Source: Sulfurospirillum sp.
GTDB lineage: Bacteria > Campylobacterota > Campylobacteria > Campylobacterales > Sulfurospirillaceae
Assembly: GCA_045047115.1 (NCBI GenBank)
Contig: JASFYR010000002.1
Coordinates: 1 to 60,277, forward strand
Length of the DNA stretch: 60,277 nucleotides
Reading direction: 5' to 3'
Positions 28,852 through 38,352 of the stretch are shown in pieces; within the stretch, counting starts at the first letter, position 1; the number at the start of each line of letters is the position of its first letter. A model generated the notes under the pieces. The model ran no database searches, had not been told where the DNA came from, and was given only the letters and a program-made list of their open reading frames with translations. The translations under genes and the position numbers were made by a program.

Positions 28852-30138
28852 TTATACATAATTTACCAAAAATAATGATATTTGTGGAAAGATTGCCAAT
28901 AAAACAGCCATTAAAATCATAATTATGACAAAGGGCAAACTTCCTCTCATGACCTCGAGTATTGTTCCTTTGTTTCTTATGCCTTGTACAACATATAGAT
29001 TTAAACCAACGGGAGGTGTTATTAGTGCCATCTCTATAAGTATTATAAGATATATTCCAAACCATACAGGATTAAATCCTAGAGTTACCATTATTGGTGC
29101 TATGATTGGAATTGTAATCACCATCAGCGATAGAGTTTCGATAAACATTCCCAAAACCAAATACAAAAGTGTTACCATTGCAAGCATGGAGTATTTCGAG
29201 ATAGACAAGTTTTCAATAAAGCTGGACAAATCATCAGTCAAGCCTATAGATACCAAAACAAAATTTAAAAAATTTGCAGCTATAATGATAAACATAATCA
29301 TCCCAGTTGTTCTTATGGTGCCTTTTATAGATCTTTTTAAAACCTCAAAATTTAACAATCCCTTGAAGTATGTAATAAGCAATGTTGCCAATACGCCCAG
29401 TGCAGCACTTTCAGTTGGAGTTGCAAAGCCGGTATATATGGAACCCATAATCAATATAAATAAAATAAATATAGGTATCAGATCCTTTAGGGCGACAAAT
29501 CTATCTTTCCACGTGACAGGCTCTTCTTTTTTTCTTTTGTCTTGTTTTATTATCGAATAAACTAAAATATATAGCATAAACAGAGTAGCCATACAAATTC
29601 CCGGAATCATTCCGGCGACAAAAAGTTTAGGTATTGAAGTATTTGTAAGAAAGCCATAAACTATAAGATTTATTGAGGGTGGTATCAAAATCCCCAAAGT
29701 CCCTCCGGCGGCTATCGTGCCTGCAAAAATACCAGGTTTATATCCATATTTATCACATTGTGGCATAGCTACGGTTGTGATTGTGGCTGCTGTTGCCACG
29801 GAAGAGCCTGAAATTGATGAAAAAAGAGCAGAAGATGCGATATTTGCGTGCATCAAACCACCAGGAAGCCACGATAGCCATTTGTGAAGTGAAAAATATA
29901 TCCCTTTTGCTATTCCTGAATGCAACAATATCTCTCCCAAGAGGACAAAAAAAGGTATAGAAAGCAAAAGAAAATCTGTACTTACGCTCCAAGTGATTTC
30001 ACCAAGAGAGCCAAATATAGGATAATCAGAAAAGAAGTATCCTACTACGATAGCCACACCCGCTATAGCCGATGCCACAGGAACGGAAAGAAAAAGAAGA
30101 AAAAGAAGTATGAAGACACAAATAAGAATCAGATACAT
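28852..30138 (-). CDS. dctM: TRAP transporter large permease (DctM)
   Basis: SGSSVATAA, GTLGILIPPS, GFATPTESAA, LITPPVGLNLY. Confidence 0.95.
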   Translation of the reverse strand: MYLILICVFILLFLLFLSVPVASAIAGVAIVVGYFFSDYPIFGSLGEITWSVSTDFLLLSIPFFVLLGEILLHSGIAKGIYFSLHKWLSWLPGGLMHANIASSALFSSISGSSVATAATITTVAMPQCDKYGYKPGIFAGTIAAGGTLGILIPPSINLIVYGFLTNTSIPKLFVAGMIPGICMATLFMLYILVYSIIKQDKRKKEEPVTWKDRFVALKDLIPIFILFILIMGSIYTGFATPTESAALGVLATLLITYFKGLLNFEVLKRSIKGTIRTTGMIMFIIIAANFLNFVLVSIGLTDDLSSFIENLSISKYSMLAMVTLLYLVLGMFIETLSLMVITIPIIAPIMVTLGFNPVWFGIYLIILIEMALITPPVGLNLYVVQGIRNKGTILEVMRGSLPFVIIMILMAVLLAIFPQISLFLVNYV

Positions 30139-30656
30139 ATTTCATCCTTTTTAACATTTGAATATTTGTTATTTTTATTTGTTATGAGTGAACTTATAGC
30201 ATGATATAGCAACACTAAGACAACAATCATGAAAAAGACAAAACCTAAAAACCATATACTTTGAGGTATCCACAAAGGGGTGCCTAAAGGAGTGTTTGCA
30301 GTTGAATTTTTTATGATAGAAGTATAAAATACATCAAAACTCGAATAGACCAACAAAGAAATGAATATCAAAGTAAATAACATGGCTACAATATCAAAGA
30401 TATGTTGAAATTTTTTAGATACTTTAGTATATAAAATATCTATGCGTATGTGCATTTTTTTGAAAAGCACATACGCTAATGACCAAGAGGTGCATATACC
30501 TAAAATGTAGCCTGATATTTCATCGGTTCCACCAAAAGATATTAGAAAAAACTTTCTTAAAACAACTTCTGTGCTTATCAAAAACACAGATGCAAAAAGT
30601 AAAAAACCACATATATATGTGAAATATTTAGAAATCTCTTCTAGCTTCTTAGTCAT
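30129..30656 (-). CDS. dctQ: TRAP transporter small permease (DctQ)
   Basis: Four TMs, EVVLRK, HIRIDI; lies between dctP and dctM. Confidence 0.9.
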   Translation of the reverse strand: MTKKLEEISKYFTYICGFLLFASVFLISTEVVLRKFFLISFGGTDEISGYILGICTSWSLAYVLFKKMHIRIDILYTKVSKKFQHIFDIVAMLFTLIFISLLVYSSFDVFYTSIIKNSTANTPLGTPLWIPQSIWFLGFVFFMIVVLVLLYHAISSLITNKNNKYSNVKKDEICI

Positions 30657-30665
30657 AATATACTC

Positions 30666-31700
30666 CTACTTAGCTTCTATATTTACTACCTTACCTATGG
30701 TTTCATTCCACTCTTTAACTGTTTTAGCAGGAACTTTTTTTACCCATTTTGGGATAACTCTTGAAACCAAAACTTCTTTTGCCAACTTTTTGTCTTTTTC
30801 TTGCACTTTGACAAGTTTCATATGTGCAGGTTTTCCATATGAGCAATCTTGGCCTGTCAAGCATTTTTCGCCTTCAGATGTTTCATAATTAGTCTTAATC
30901 CATGCCGGAACAACTATATTTTTGTTTACAGATGAAAGAAGTTTCTTTTGTTCTTTTTTTGTAAATTTATTCCAAGTATCTAGATTCATAGCGGTAATTA
31001 CATATGCCCAGCCACCTATTGGCAGCGGATAAAGATAGTTAGATACTTCACCCCAGCCTGACATATATCCGGATAATCCACCTGTAACTGCACAGTCAAT
31101 TACGCCTCTTTGTAGAGATTGGGGAACTTCACTGTATGACATTGTGATGCCAGTTGCGCCTATGCCATCCAAAAATTCTGCAACAGTCCATCCTGAAGCT
31201 CTAACCTTTTTGCCTTTTAGATCAGATAGCGAGCTTATCTTCTCTTTACAAAATAAAACTTGTGCAGGATAGGGAACAACTGAAATCAATTTTGCATTAA
31301 AATCTTTTTTTAATGCCTCATCTAAAGTTTTTTTGTAGCTATCCACAACCTTTTTTGCAGTTTTTATGTTGTCTGTCAATGCAGGAAAATCAAGTCCAGC
31401 TAGTGTCTGAGAGTCCGATACTACATATCCGCCTACGGTTGATACTACATCAAAAACACCTTTTGCCAATTCTCTATATACCGAGGCACCCTTAAGTTTT
31501 ATCTGCCCGAGTGAACTAAGTCTAACTTTAGTACTGGGAAACTCTTTTGTAAAATCTTTTTTCCAGAAAGGTTTTTCATACTCCTTATATAAAGAGAGGC
31601 TACTCCAAGAGCCAACAACTCTAAGTTTTGCCGGAGCTGCATATAGACTAGATATGACAAACAATGCGCTCATCACAATAACTGTAAAACTATTTTTCAT
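30666..31700 (-). CDS. dctP: TRAP transporter substrate-binding protein (DctP family)
   Basis: Signal peptide; DLKGKKVR; SEVPQSLQRGVIDC. Confidence 0.92.
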   Translation of the reverse strand: MKNSFTVIVMSALFVISSLYAAPAKLRVVGSWSSLSLYKEYEKPFWKKDFTKEFPSTKVRLSSLGQIKLKGASVYRELAKGVFDVVSTVGGYVVSDSQTLAGLDFPALTDNIKTAKKVVDSYKKTLDEALKKDFNAKLISVVPYPAQVLFCKEKISSLSDLKGKKVRASGWTVAEFLDGIGATGITMSYSEVPQSLQRGVIDCAVTGGLSGYMSGWGEVSNYLYPLPIGGWAYVITAMNLDTWNKFTKKEQKKLLSSVNKNIVVPAWIKTNYETSEGEKCLTGQDCSYGKPAHMKLVKVQEKDKKLAKEVLVSRVIPKWVKKVPAKTVKEWNETIGKVVNIEAK

Positions 31701-31729
31701 AATTATCTCCTTAAGATTTATTTAAGTAA

Positions 31730-31761
31730 ATGCTAACAAGTTGAAGTGTGATATGGGTGTG
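31730..31761 (-). promoter_or_regulatory. TRAP operon promoter with CACAC direct repeat
   Basis: Minus strand CACAC-n6-CACAC (11-bp period) followed by TGtTAGCAT. Confidence 0.45.
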
Positions 31762-31824
31762 CTTTGAAATTTAAATAAGATTTAGATAGAAATATGCTAC
31801 AAAATGTAACATAAAGAAGACTGA

Positions 31825-32538
31825 TTAGCTCTTTTTTATCCATTTTGCCAAGATATTTATATCCTTAACAGGTAGTTTTCTGAAAGAGGGCATAGGGATA
31901 TTGTTGCACTCTTTCCATTTGCCTTTACTTCCATTTTTTATTGAGTAAATTATATCTTTTTTGTCCATTTTTTTAGCAATTTCTCTAAAAGACGGACCAA
32001 CTTTTTTGAACTTTTTGGCATGACAGCTAAGACAACCGTTTTGTCCTGCCAGCAATCTGCCTTTTGGCATCTCTCTTATTTGTTGGATTCTTTTCATTTC
32101 AGTTAAAAGATTATCTTTTGTGTAGTGTGTGAAAACATAGTGAGCTATTGCTCTTAGTTCATCTTCACTCACTTTGCCTTTTAAGGAGGGCATAAGACCA
32201 TAAGTTTTAAGGCTCTCTTTGTCACAAAAAGATTTTGAAACAGCTGGATTTTGTACAAAATCCACAACAAACTCTATCGCATTTGGCAATCTATCTGCAG
32301 GAGTTGCAGCTTTTATAAAGTCAAATATATGAAAACTCACAGCCATCATAGGAGGAGCTTTTTCATTCTCAAAAGTTTTTGGAGGCATATCCAGGTTGTG
32401 GCACTTGGCACAATCTTGCCTTAGAAGTTTTTCCCCATCAAGATTTAGGCTTTTGTTTTCACTGCAGCCTGTAAAAAAAACAGAGGTAAAAATCAAACCT
32501 AAAATCACCTTTACATGTAGAGCTTTTTTAAAGATCAT
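31825..32538 (-). CDS. Diheme c-type cytochrome, probable lipoprotein
   Basis: CAKCH and CLSCH heme motifs; lipobox-like FFTGC; start moved to ATG 32538 with a GGAGG RBS. Confidence 0.85.
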   Translation of the reverse strand: MIFKKALHVKVILGLIFTSVFFTGCSENKSLNLDGEKLLRQDCAKCHNLDMPPKTFENEKAPPMMAVSFHIFDFIKAATPADRLPNAIEFVVDFVQNPAVSKSFCDKESLKTYGLMPSLKGKVSEDELRAIAHYVFTHYTKDNLLTEMKRIQQIREMPKGRLLAGQNGCLSCHAKKFKKVGPSFREIAKKMDKKDIIYSIKNGSKGKWKECNNIPMPSFRKLPVKDINILAKWIKKS

Positions 32539-32560
32539 TTTTTTACCTCCAAAATATTGT

Positions 32561-32926
32561 TTAATGTGCAGAACAACTACCTTCACCTGCACTTTTTTGT
32601 AGTTTTCCCTCTAAAAAAAGCTGTACACTCTCTTGCACTGTTGATGATACTGTGTCAAAGTATAGATCTAATCCTGCCTCTGCAAAACCACGAGCAGGAG
32701 GTCCGCCAATACCGCCGACAATGAGGGCATTTGGTCTAAGGCTTAGTATATTTGTCACGGCATTTGAGCAGCCACCATCACTGTGCCCCGGATTTCTTAC
32801 ACCCTCTACATCTACTATTTTATCGTCCTCAAGTGTGATGATTGTATAGTAGTTTGCTCTACCAAAGTGAGCACCTCTTTTGGATAAATATCCGTCATTT
32901 GTATCTGTTGGAAATACCAATCTCAT
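32561..32926 (-). CDS. NifB/NifX-family (MTH1175/ORP-like) cofactor-binding protein
   Basis: AHFGRA.YY, GGIGG.P, C-terminal CSAH. Confidence 0.88.
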   Translation of the reverse strand: MRLVFPTDTNDGYLSKRGAHFGRANYYTIITLEDDKIVDVEGVRNPGHSDGGCSNAVTNILSLRPNALIVGGIGGPPARGFAEAGLDLYFDTVSSTVQESVQLFLEGKLQKSAGEGSCSAH

Positions 32927-32943
32927 TTTTTCTCCTAATATTT

Positions 32944-33438
32944 TTAAAAATTTACAAATCTATCGTCAGACTTTTCACGACTGACTTCATCTAAACTAGC
33001 TTTCATCCATCCGGATTTTGGCACCAAATCAACTTTATCAAAATTTTCAATATACGGCTTTATATCCACCAGTGGAGTACCATCAAGTATATCAACTCCT
33101 TTTATTGTTACTATATTATCCTCGACTTTAAGCAACTCCACCACAGACAGACCCAAAGAGTTTGGATGCATAGGTGTTCTGGTCGAAAAAACTCCTCTTT
33201 TTGCACCCGTTTTTTCATTAAAAGGTAAGACTTGAAGTTTGTGTTCTTTAATCTTGTGAAAATAGTAGATAAGGTATATAAAATTAAACCCATCCAAATC
33301 TTTCAAGCCCTCTGTAAACTCTTCTTTTATCTCTATAGTAGCTATCAGATTCCTTGCTCCTTTTGGTTGTACCGGCATATTTTCCAGATGACAAAAAGGT
33401 GAGTGAATTGTGCCTATTTGTTTCAAATTTATATTCAT
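32944..33438 (-). CDS. TsaA/TrmO-like SAM-binding protein (N-terminal domain only)
   Basis: IGTIHSPF, RGVFSTRTP.HPN.LGLS, GVDILDGTPLVDIKPY. Confidence 0.88.
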   Translation of the reverse strand: MNINLKQIGTIHSPFCHLENMPVQPKGARNLIATIEIKEEFTEGLKDLDGFNFIYLIYYFHKIKEHKLQVLPFNEKTGAKRGVFSTRTPMHPNSLGLSVVELLKVEDNIVTIKGVDILDGTPLVDIKPYIENFDKVDLVPKSGWMKASLDEVSREKSDDRFVNF

Positions 33439-33932
33439 TTCTCTCTTTCTAATATATCTATAATTTTACCTTGCAAAACTGCAAATATCAAAATATAAAC
33501 ATTTACTATCACGGTAAATGTAAGCCCAAACAATCCTATCATAAATGGCAAAAGCGGTAGTTTAACAGCTCTTGCATACATAAAAGTTGCAATTAAGCCA
33601 AATTTTAGGCCATGTTTTCTCATGTCATTTAACATCGGATACCATGCATACATCGGTCCATGGCTGATGATGCCACTAATCAAAGCATAAAAGATACCCT
33701 TTGCTCCGCTGTCTTTGCCAAAATACTCCATAATCTTCTTCGGTTTCAAAAAGTAGTTTATGAGTGCAGTAAGTGTGATAACAAGCATAAATATAGGTAA
33801 TAATTTGATTAGTATATTACCTGTTTTATCCATAATTTTTGCTATATTTTCAAAGTCAAATACAGACACAAGGATAAATAAAGCTATAACAATTCCTAAA
33901 AACTTTAAGCCTTTAAATTCTATCTTTTTCAT
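33435..33932 (-). CDS. Small permease-like membrane protein (DUF318/ArsP-like half)
   Basis: ISHGPMYAWYP.L..M...G motif with multiple TMs. Start at ATG 33932, overlapping the upstream stop (ATGA). Confidence 0.75.
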   Translation of the reverse strand: MKKIEFKGLKFLGIVIALFILVSVFDFENIAKIMDKTGNILIKLLPIFMLVITLTALINYFLKPKKIMEYFGKDSGAKGIFYALISGIISHGPMYAWYPMLNDMRKHGLKFGLIATFMYARAVKLPLLPFMIGLFGLTFTVIVNVYILIFAVLQGKIIDILEREK

Positions 33933-34381
33933 GACAATAACCTTAGAGTAGCTACTGAAAGATAGGCGATAATGAGTGTACAAAGAAATGTAAGTATATT
34001 GCGGTATGTTGTAAATTTTACACCAAAAACACTCGCTTCTGCAAGCAGATGAGTGAAGCTTAAAGTCGTCCAAGCCATTATAAAAGCTATAAGTGCATAA
34101 TCTGAAACTCCTTGTTCTTTGAGTCCATCAGCAACTACATAGCTTATGGCTCCATTCCCTGAAGATACAGCACCTATAATGGTTCCATCTAGTATGTCAA
34201 GCCCTTCTCCGTGCCCAAAGAATTTTGAGAGCATATCCGGTGTAACATAGATTTGAAAAAGAGCAACCAAGCCGATGACAGCTAGTATCATCGGCGATAA
34301 AGATACAAATCCTAACACAGTTTTTTTAAATGCAGTTTTAAGTGTTAGCTCTGTTGTTTGTTGGTTGCTTAACTTTTTCAT
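33929..34381 (-). CDS. Small permease-like membrane protein (partner half)
   Basis: IGAVSSGNGAISY...L...GVS...AFIMAW...E...FG..F...RN pattern. Confidence 0.75.
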   Translation of the reverse strand: MKKLSNQQTTELTLKTAFKKTVLGFVSLSPMILAVIGLVALFQIYVTPDMLSKFFGHGEGLDILDGTIIGAVSSGNGAISYVVADGLKEQGVSDYALIAFIMAWTTLSFTHLLAEASVFGVKFTTYRNILTFLCTLIIAYLSVATLRLLS

Positions 34382-34383
34382 GT

Positions 34384-34890
34384 CTAAAATATTGTATATC
34401 TAAAGTGTAAAAAACTCATAATGTTTTCTATGTCTTTTACTACTGATTCCATGATAATACCCTCTTTTGTACCGCTCATCATCCTGGTCATCATATAACC
34501 ATTCATGAGACCTATATATACTTTTCCATCACTTTTTTCATAAACTGAGATACTTAGAGGCATCTTGACTGACATATACTTTCTGTCATCAGCCTTTAGC
34601 ATTTTGCTTGAGAGTTTTGCATTGCAAAATTTTATAATTTTAACTTTTCCAACCTCTTTGCCACCATTGTCCAATAAAACTTTTTCTTGATTTATTATAT
34701 CTGTTACATGCCAACCTTTTTGATTGTCGATTCTGTTTGCTATAAGTGAAACAGTTTTTTCAAATCCAAAAGAGCTTGGAACTTCTTTAAACATCATATT
34801 TTTAAACGCTAACTTAAAACCAAAAGGTATGACGAACATCGTCACCACTATACCTAAAACTATACCTGCTATAAAACTTCTTTTATTCAT
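34384..34890 (-). CDS. DUF302-family protein with N-terminal anchor
   Basis: S.FGFEKTV, KIIKFCN, MPLSISVYEKSDGKVYI. Confidence 0.8.
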   Translation of the reverse strand: MNKRSFIAGIVLGIVVTMFVIPFGFKLAFKNMMFKEVPSSFGFEKTVSLIANRIDNQKGWHVTDIINQEKVLLDNGGKEVGKVKIIKFCNAKLSSKMLKADDRKYMSVKMPLSISVYEKSDGKVYIGLMNGYMMTRMMSGTKEGIIMESVVKDIENIMSFLHFRYTIF

Positions 34891-34891
34891 A

Positions 34892-35857
34892 TTAATCTTC
34901 CTCTATACATAATTGTTCTTCTTTTATACCTATAATTGTTTTGTAAAATACCAATGCTACAATCGTCGTTGTAAAACCTATCAAAAGTATAGCAACTGTG
35001 TAATTAAAACTGTTCGGATATGTCATATACATCAAAATTGAAGCTATAGAGATAGCTGCAAGTGGGAATGTATATGCCCACCAAGATATAAAAAACTTTG
35101 CACTCATAAAAACTTTTAATTTTGCAAACATTAGGAACAAGATAACAAAAGCTATCGAATATAAAAACATACTCATCATATCAATACTTCCAAATGTGAT
35201 CCTAAAATAGCTGATAAATCCTACAGCAGGAGGTGCTATCAAGATAAATAGAGTCGGTACAAGTTTACTTGCCATTGGATTGTGAAAAATCATACGATAC
35301 ATCACTATGACAAAAAGCATAATCCAAAAGAAAAATCCGACTGAAAAATAGAATATCGAAACCGAGATAGGCAGCACATCTATTCCAACCACAGGGACCA
35401 ATAAATTTCCAACTACAGGGATAAACCATGCCGGATTTATATGGTTGATGTTTAATTTTTCATGCATCATCCAAAATTTTATAGTTCTGAGTGTAAAATA
35501 CAGATGAAGCGGTGCTCCTATGAACCACAGCGACACGGAAACAGTCGGCGCATAATCATAGTATGCGATAGAAAGCAATAAAAAGCTTATAGAAATAGCT
35601 GGAACAAATGAGCTTTTTATAGGATGATGCATCTCTTCTTCCACTTTTTGAGGATATTGTATCCATTTGCGTAGATAAATAGTAAAGATGATAAAAAATA
35701 AAATCGTATTTATACTAAGTAGTGATAGATACCAAAAAGATGAAAAGTTTAATATATGATATGCTTTGGCATATACTATGGTAAGTCCTGAAATTCCCAT
35801 CAATACAGCAAAAAACTGTACAGGAAAACAGGAAAGACTCCTTTTTCTTAAAATCAT
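34892..35857 (-). CDS. TehA/SLAC1-family anion channel
   Basis: FAVLMGISG, NPAWFIPVVGN, PTLFILIAPPAV, SWWAYTFPLAA. Confidence 0.9.
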   Translation of the reverse strand: MILRKRSLSCFPVQFFAVLMGISGLTIVYAKAYHILNFSSFWYLSLLSINTILFFIIFTIYLRKWIQYPQKVEEEMHHPIKSSFVPAISISFLLLSIAYYDYAPTVSVSLWFIGAPLHLYFTLRTIKFWMMHEKLNINHINPAWFIPVVGNLLVPVVGIDVLPISVSIFYFSVGFFFWIMLFVIVMYRMIFHNPMASKLVPTLFILIAPPAVGFISYFRITFGSIDMMSMFLYSIAFVILFLMFAKLKVFMSAKFFISWWAYTFPLAAISIASILMYMTYPNSFNYTVAILLIGFTTTIVALVFYKTIIGIKEEQLCIEED

Positions 35858-35866
35858 TAATACCCC

Positions 35867-36208
35867 TTAAAATTGAGCTTGAAGCTCACCGTTTTTATAT
35901 GCTTCATAAGCCTCTTTGAGACTCATGTTGCCAGCACCGGTAAACATCTTGACATTTGAGCGCTTTAAAATCTCAAGTGCCTTTTGACCGGCACCGTTTC
36001 CTGTGATGATAATATCAGGATTTAAATCTAGCACTTTTTTCGCGGTTTGAAGCCCTGCCCCGTGTTCCATAGCTTCTGTTTCGTTGTTAGCTATAGCTTC
36101 AAGTTTGTCGCTGTCTTCATCATATACCACTAACATATCCATTCTTCCAAATCTAGGATCCATTAGGCTATCCCAACTGCTTCCCTTTGCTGTAAACACA
36201 ATTTTCAT
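35867..36208 (-). CDS. NifB/NifX-family Orange-protein (ORP)-like protein
   Basis: DPRFGR, HGAGLQTA, ITGN.G.KA...L, YKNGEL. Confidence 0.88.
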   Translation of the reverse strand: MKIVFTAKGSSWDSLMDPRFGRMDMLVVYDEDSDKLEAIANNETEAMEHGAGLQTAKKVLDLNPDIIITGNGAGQKALEILKRSNVKMFTGAGNMSLKEAYEAYKNGELQAQF

Positions 36209-36282
36209 CTTATTATCCCCTTTTTTAGGAAGTAAATTCCTGAAAAATTCCTCGCGACTAAAGCTTTGGCAATCGCCAAGAA
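36204..36282 (-). repeat. 79-bp structured intergenic repeat, copy 1
   Basis: 72/79 identical to 37177-37255; two hairpins followed by RBS and ATG. Confidence 0.9.
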
Positions 36283-36302
36283 TTTATATTGCACTAAAAT
36301 TT

Positions 36303-37181
36303 TTAGTTAGCCTCTTGTTTTATCTTTCCCCAAGCTGTTTTAACCAACTTCGAGAGTTCCCCTTTTTTGTCATACTCTACTATCGGTTTTGCTTTTGACA
36401 AAGCCTTTGTAAAAGTTTCATCATAAGGTAGGAGCGCTACCAACTCTATGTCTTCATCCTTTAAAAACTGCTCTATATCTTTTGTCATTTTCAAATTTAA
36501 GTCATATTTATTGATGATGCAAACTGCTTTTAAATTAAATGTCTTTACGAGTTTTTGGACTCTTTGCAAATCATGTAAACCAGATACCGTAGCTTCTGTG
36601 ACAAGTACTACCAAATCAGCTCCACTGAGAGATGATATGACCGGACATCCGATTCCCGGACTTCCATCTGTGATGATATACTCAACCCCTGTCTCTTTGG
36701 CTAATTCTTTGCCGCTTGCTTTAACTTTTGCTACAAGTTTGCCTGAGTTTTCAGCAGCAAATCCAAGCTTTGCATGTACCATTTTTGAGTTTTGTTTGAT
36801 ATTTGAGATATATAGATCTCCAGCTTTTTGTGTGTTCATACTGATGGCTTTTGTCGGACAGACTCTACTACAATACCAACATCCTTCACAAGAGATTGGA
36901 TCAACTCTGTGTTGCCCATCCTCTACATGTATAGCATCAAATCTACACACATCTTTACACTCACCGCAATTTGTACACAACTCTTCATCTATAAAAGCAA
37001 CTTCTCCGCTGAAAAAATCTTCTCTTTGAGAAAAATCAGCATTTAAAAGCAAGTGCATATTTGCTGCATCTACATCACAATCACAAATAAGGGCATTTTT
37101 TCCTTCAAGATAGGCAAATGAAGCACTCAAAGAGGTTTTTCCGGTGCCGCCCTTGCCAGAAATAACAACGATTTCCTTCAT
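36303..37181 (-). CDS. MinD-superfamily P-loop ATPase with inserted 2x[4Fe-4S] ferredoxin domain (Orp3/Orp4-like)
   Basis: SGKGGTGKT, DCDVDAAN, CTNCGEC...CEGCWYC, ENSGKLV, DGSPGIGCPV. Confidence 0.9.
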   Translation of the reverse strand: MKEIVVISGKGGTGKTSLSASFAYLEGKNALICDCDVDAANMHLLLNADFSQREDFFSGEVAFIDEELCTNCGECKDVCRFDAIHVEDGQHRVDPISCEGCWYCSRVCPTKAISMNTQKAGDLYISNIKQNSKMVHAKLGFAAENSGKLVAKVKASGKELAKETGVEYIITDGSPGIGCPVISSLSGADLVVLVTEATVSGLHDLQRVQKLVKTFNLKAVCIINKYDLNLKMTKDIEQFLKDEDIELVALLPYDETFTKALSKAKPIVEYDKKGELSKLVKTAWGKIKQEAN

Positions 37182-37255
37182 CTTATTATCCCCTTTTTCA
37201 GGAAGTAAATTCCTGAAAAATTCCTCGTGACTAAAACTTTGGCTGATGCCAAGAA
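37177..37255 (-). repeat. 79-bp structured intergenic repeat, copy 2
   Basis: 72/79 identical to 36204-36282. Confidence 0.9.
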
Positions 37256-37260
37256 AATTA

Positions 37261-38112
37261 TCATTTTATGCCTCCTATGAACTCTACTATTTCATCTAAT
37301 GAGTCTTTGAAATGGGAGATTTTTGGGTATATAAGTTCCCCTTTTGAGTAGAGTTTTGCCACCTCTTTATCGTTTTTGATTTTTGTGATTATCGATATAT
37401 TTTCACCTTCGCAGTACTCTTCTACACCTTTGTTTCCTATGCCGTATCTATTGATAATAACTCCAAAGTTTTGTTTTAAAACTCTCATGGTTTCGACCGC
37501 AAGTTTCAGATCATTTAGCCCAAAAGGTGTAGCTTCGGTGATGAGCACCACAAAATTACTCCCACGACTTGCCTCTATGACAGGACAACTGGTTCCCGGA
37601 GGTGCATCAAATATCTTAACATAATCCTTAAAATTTTCATCTACATACTCTATGGTTTGAGAGATGAGAGGCACTGCCATCTCTTGTCCAAGGTCCAACC
37701 TTCCCTCTACAAAACTGAAGTTTTTTGCCTCATACTCTTTTATCTCACCGATTCTAGTAGGATTCATCGGCAGTGAATTTGTTGGACAGAGTTCACTACA
37801 GGCATAACAACTATGGCACAACTCAGGAAATACCAATATCTCGCTCGGAAGTGCCACTATGGCATTAAAGTTGCATACTTTGGCACATTCGCCACAGAGT
37901 ATGCACTTTTCACTCTCCCAAACCGGCACCATCTTGTTGCATACTTTTGTGTTTTTTAATTTTGAATCTATAAAAAGAGCAGAGTTTGGCTCCTCTACAT
38001 CAAGGTCTGCTAAGACAACTTTTTTGTCAAGATTTGCAAGATACGATGTGAGATTTGCGGAAACGGTGGTCTTTCCCGTACCACCTTTTCCGCTTGCAAT
38101 TGTGAGTTTCAT
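37261..38112 (-). CDS. Second MinD-superfamily P-loop ATPase with ferredoxin domain
   Basis: MKLTIASGKGGTGKTT, DLDVEEPN, CILCGEC...CHSCYAC, DAPPGTSCPV. True start is ATG 38112. Confidence 0.9.
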   Translation of the reverse strand: MKLTIASGKGGTGKTTVSANLTSYLANLDKKVVLADLDVEEPNSALFIDSKLKNTKVCNKMVPVWESEKCILCGECAKVCNFNAIVALPSEILVFPELCHSCYACSELCPTNSLPMNPTRIGEIKEYEAKNFSFVEGRLDLGQEMAVPLISQTIEYVDENFKDYVKIFDAPPGTSCPVIEASRGSNFVVLITEATPFGLNDLKLAVETMRVLKQNFGVIINRYGIGNKGVEEYCEGENISIITKIKNDKEVAKLYSKGELIYPKISHFKDSLDEIVEFIGGIK

Positions 38113-38113
38113 C

Positions 38114-38335
38114 TTAGTTGTTAAAACTCCTGTTATGAGCTTTTCCTCTGCCTTCACCTCTTCCAAAACCTTGTCCGTTTCCCTGGCATGCTTGGTTGTT
38201 TCTGTTTCTTCCGCCGATTCCTCTGCCTGCACCCTGTCCATTTTGCAAGCCTTGATTTTCAGCAGCCATTCTTCCTCTTCCTCTGCCCATGCCTCTTCCT
38301 GCTCCTTGGGCTCTTCCTTGTCCATTTCCTCTCAT
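38114..38335 (-). CDS. Gly/Arg-rich small protein (DUF5320-like)
   Basis: GRGMGRGRGR-type repeats; AGGAG RBS; typical member of such operons. Confidence 0.7.
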   Translation of the reverse strand: MRGNGQGRAQGAGRGMGRGRGRMAAENQGLQNGQGAGRGIGGRNRNNQACQGNGQGFGRGEGRGKAHNRSFNN

Positions 38336-38352
38336 GATATTCTCCTTATTGT

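Noticed and set aside
28925..29560. Long antisense ORFs such as 28925..29560, 36448..37029, 47710..48294 and 18442..18954
   Set aside because: They lie wholly opposite well-supported genes and show no motifs, RBS or promoter evidence.
33933..34073. N-terminal extension of the permease ORF
   Set aside because: It overlaps the upstream gene; the ATGA overlap at 33929-33932 gives the natural start.
36204..37255. 79-bp repeats as a CRISPR array or composite-transposon ends
   Set aside because: Only two copies ~970 bp apart, with no spacers, cas genes or transposase; each includes the RBS and start of the next gene.
38113..38325. 71-aa acidic N-terminal extension of the ATPase in the ORF track (37261..38325)
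   Set aside because: It is the shifted frame of the Gly/Arg-rich gene, whose purine-rich codons lack stops. The family starts at MKLTIASGKGG (38112).
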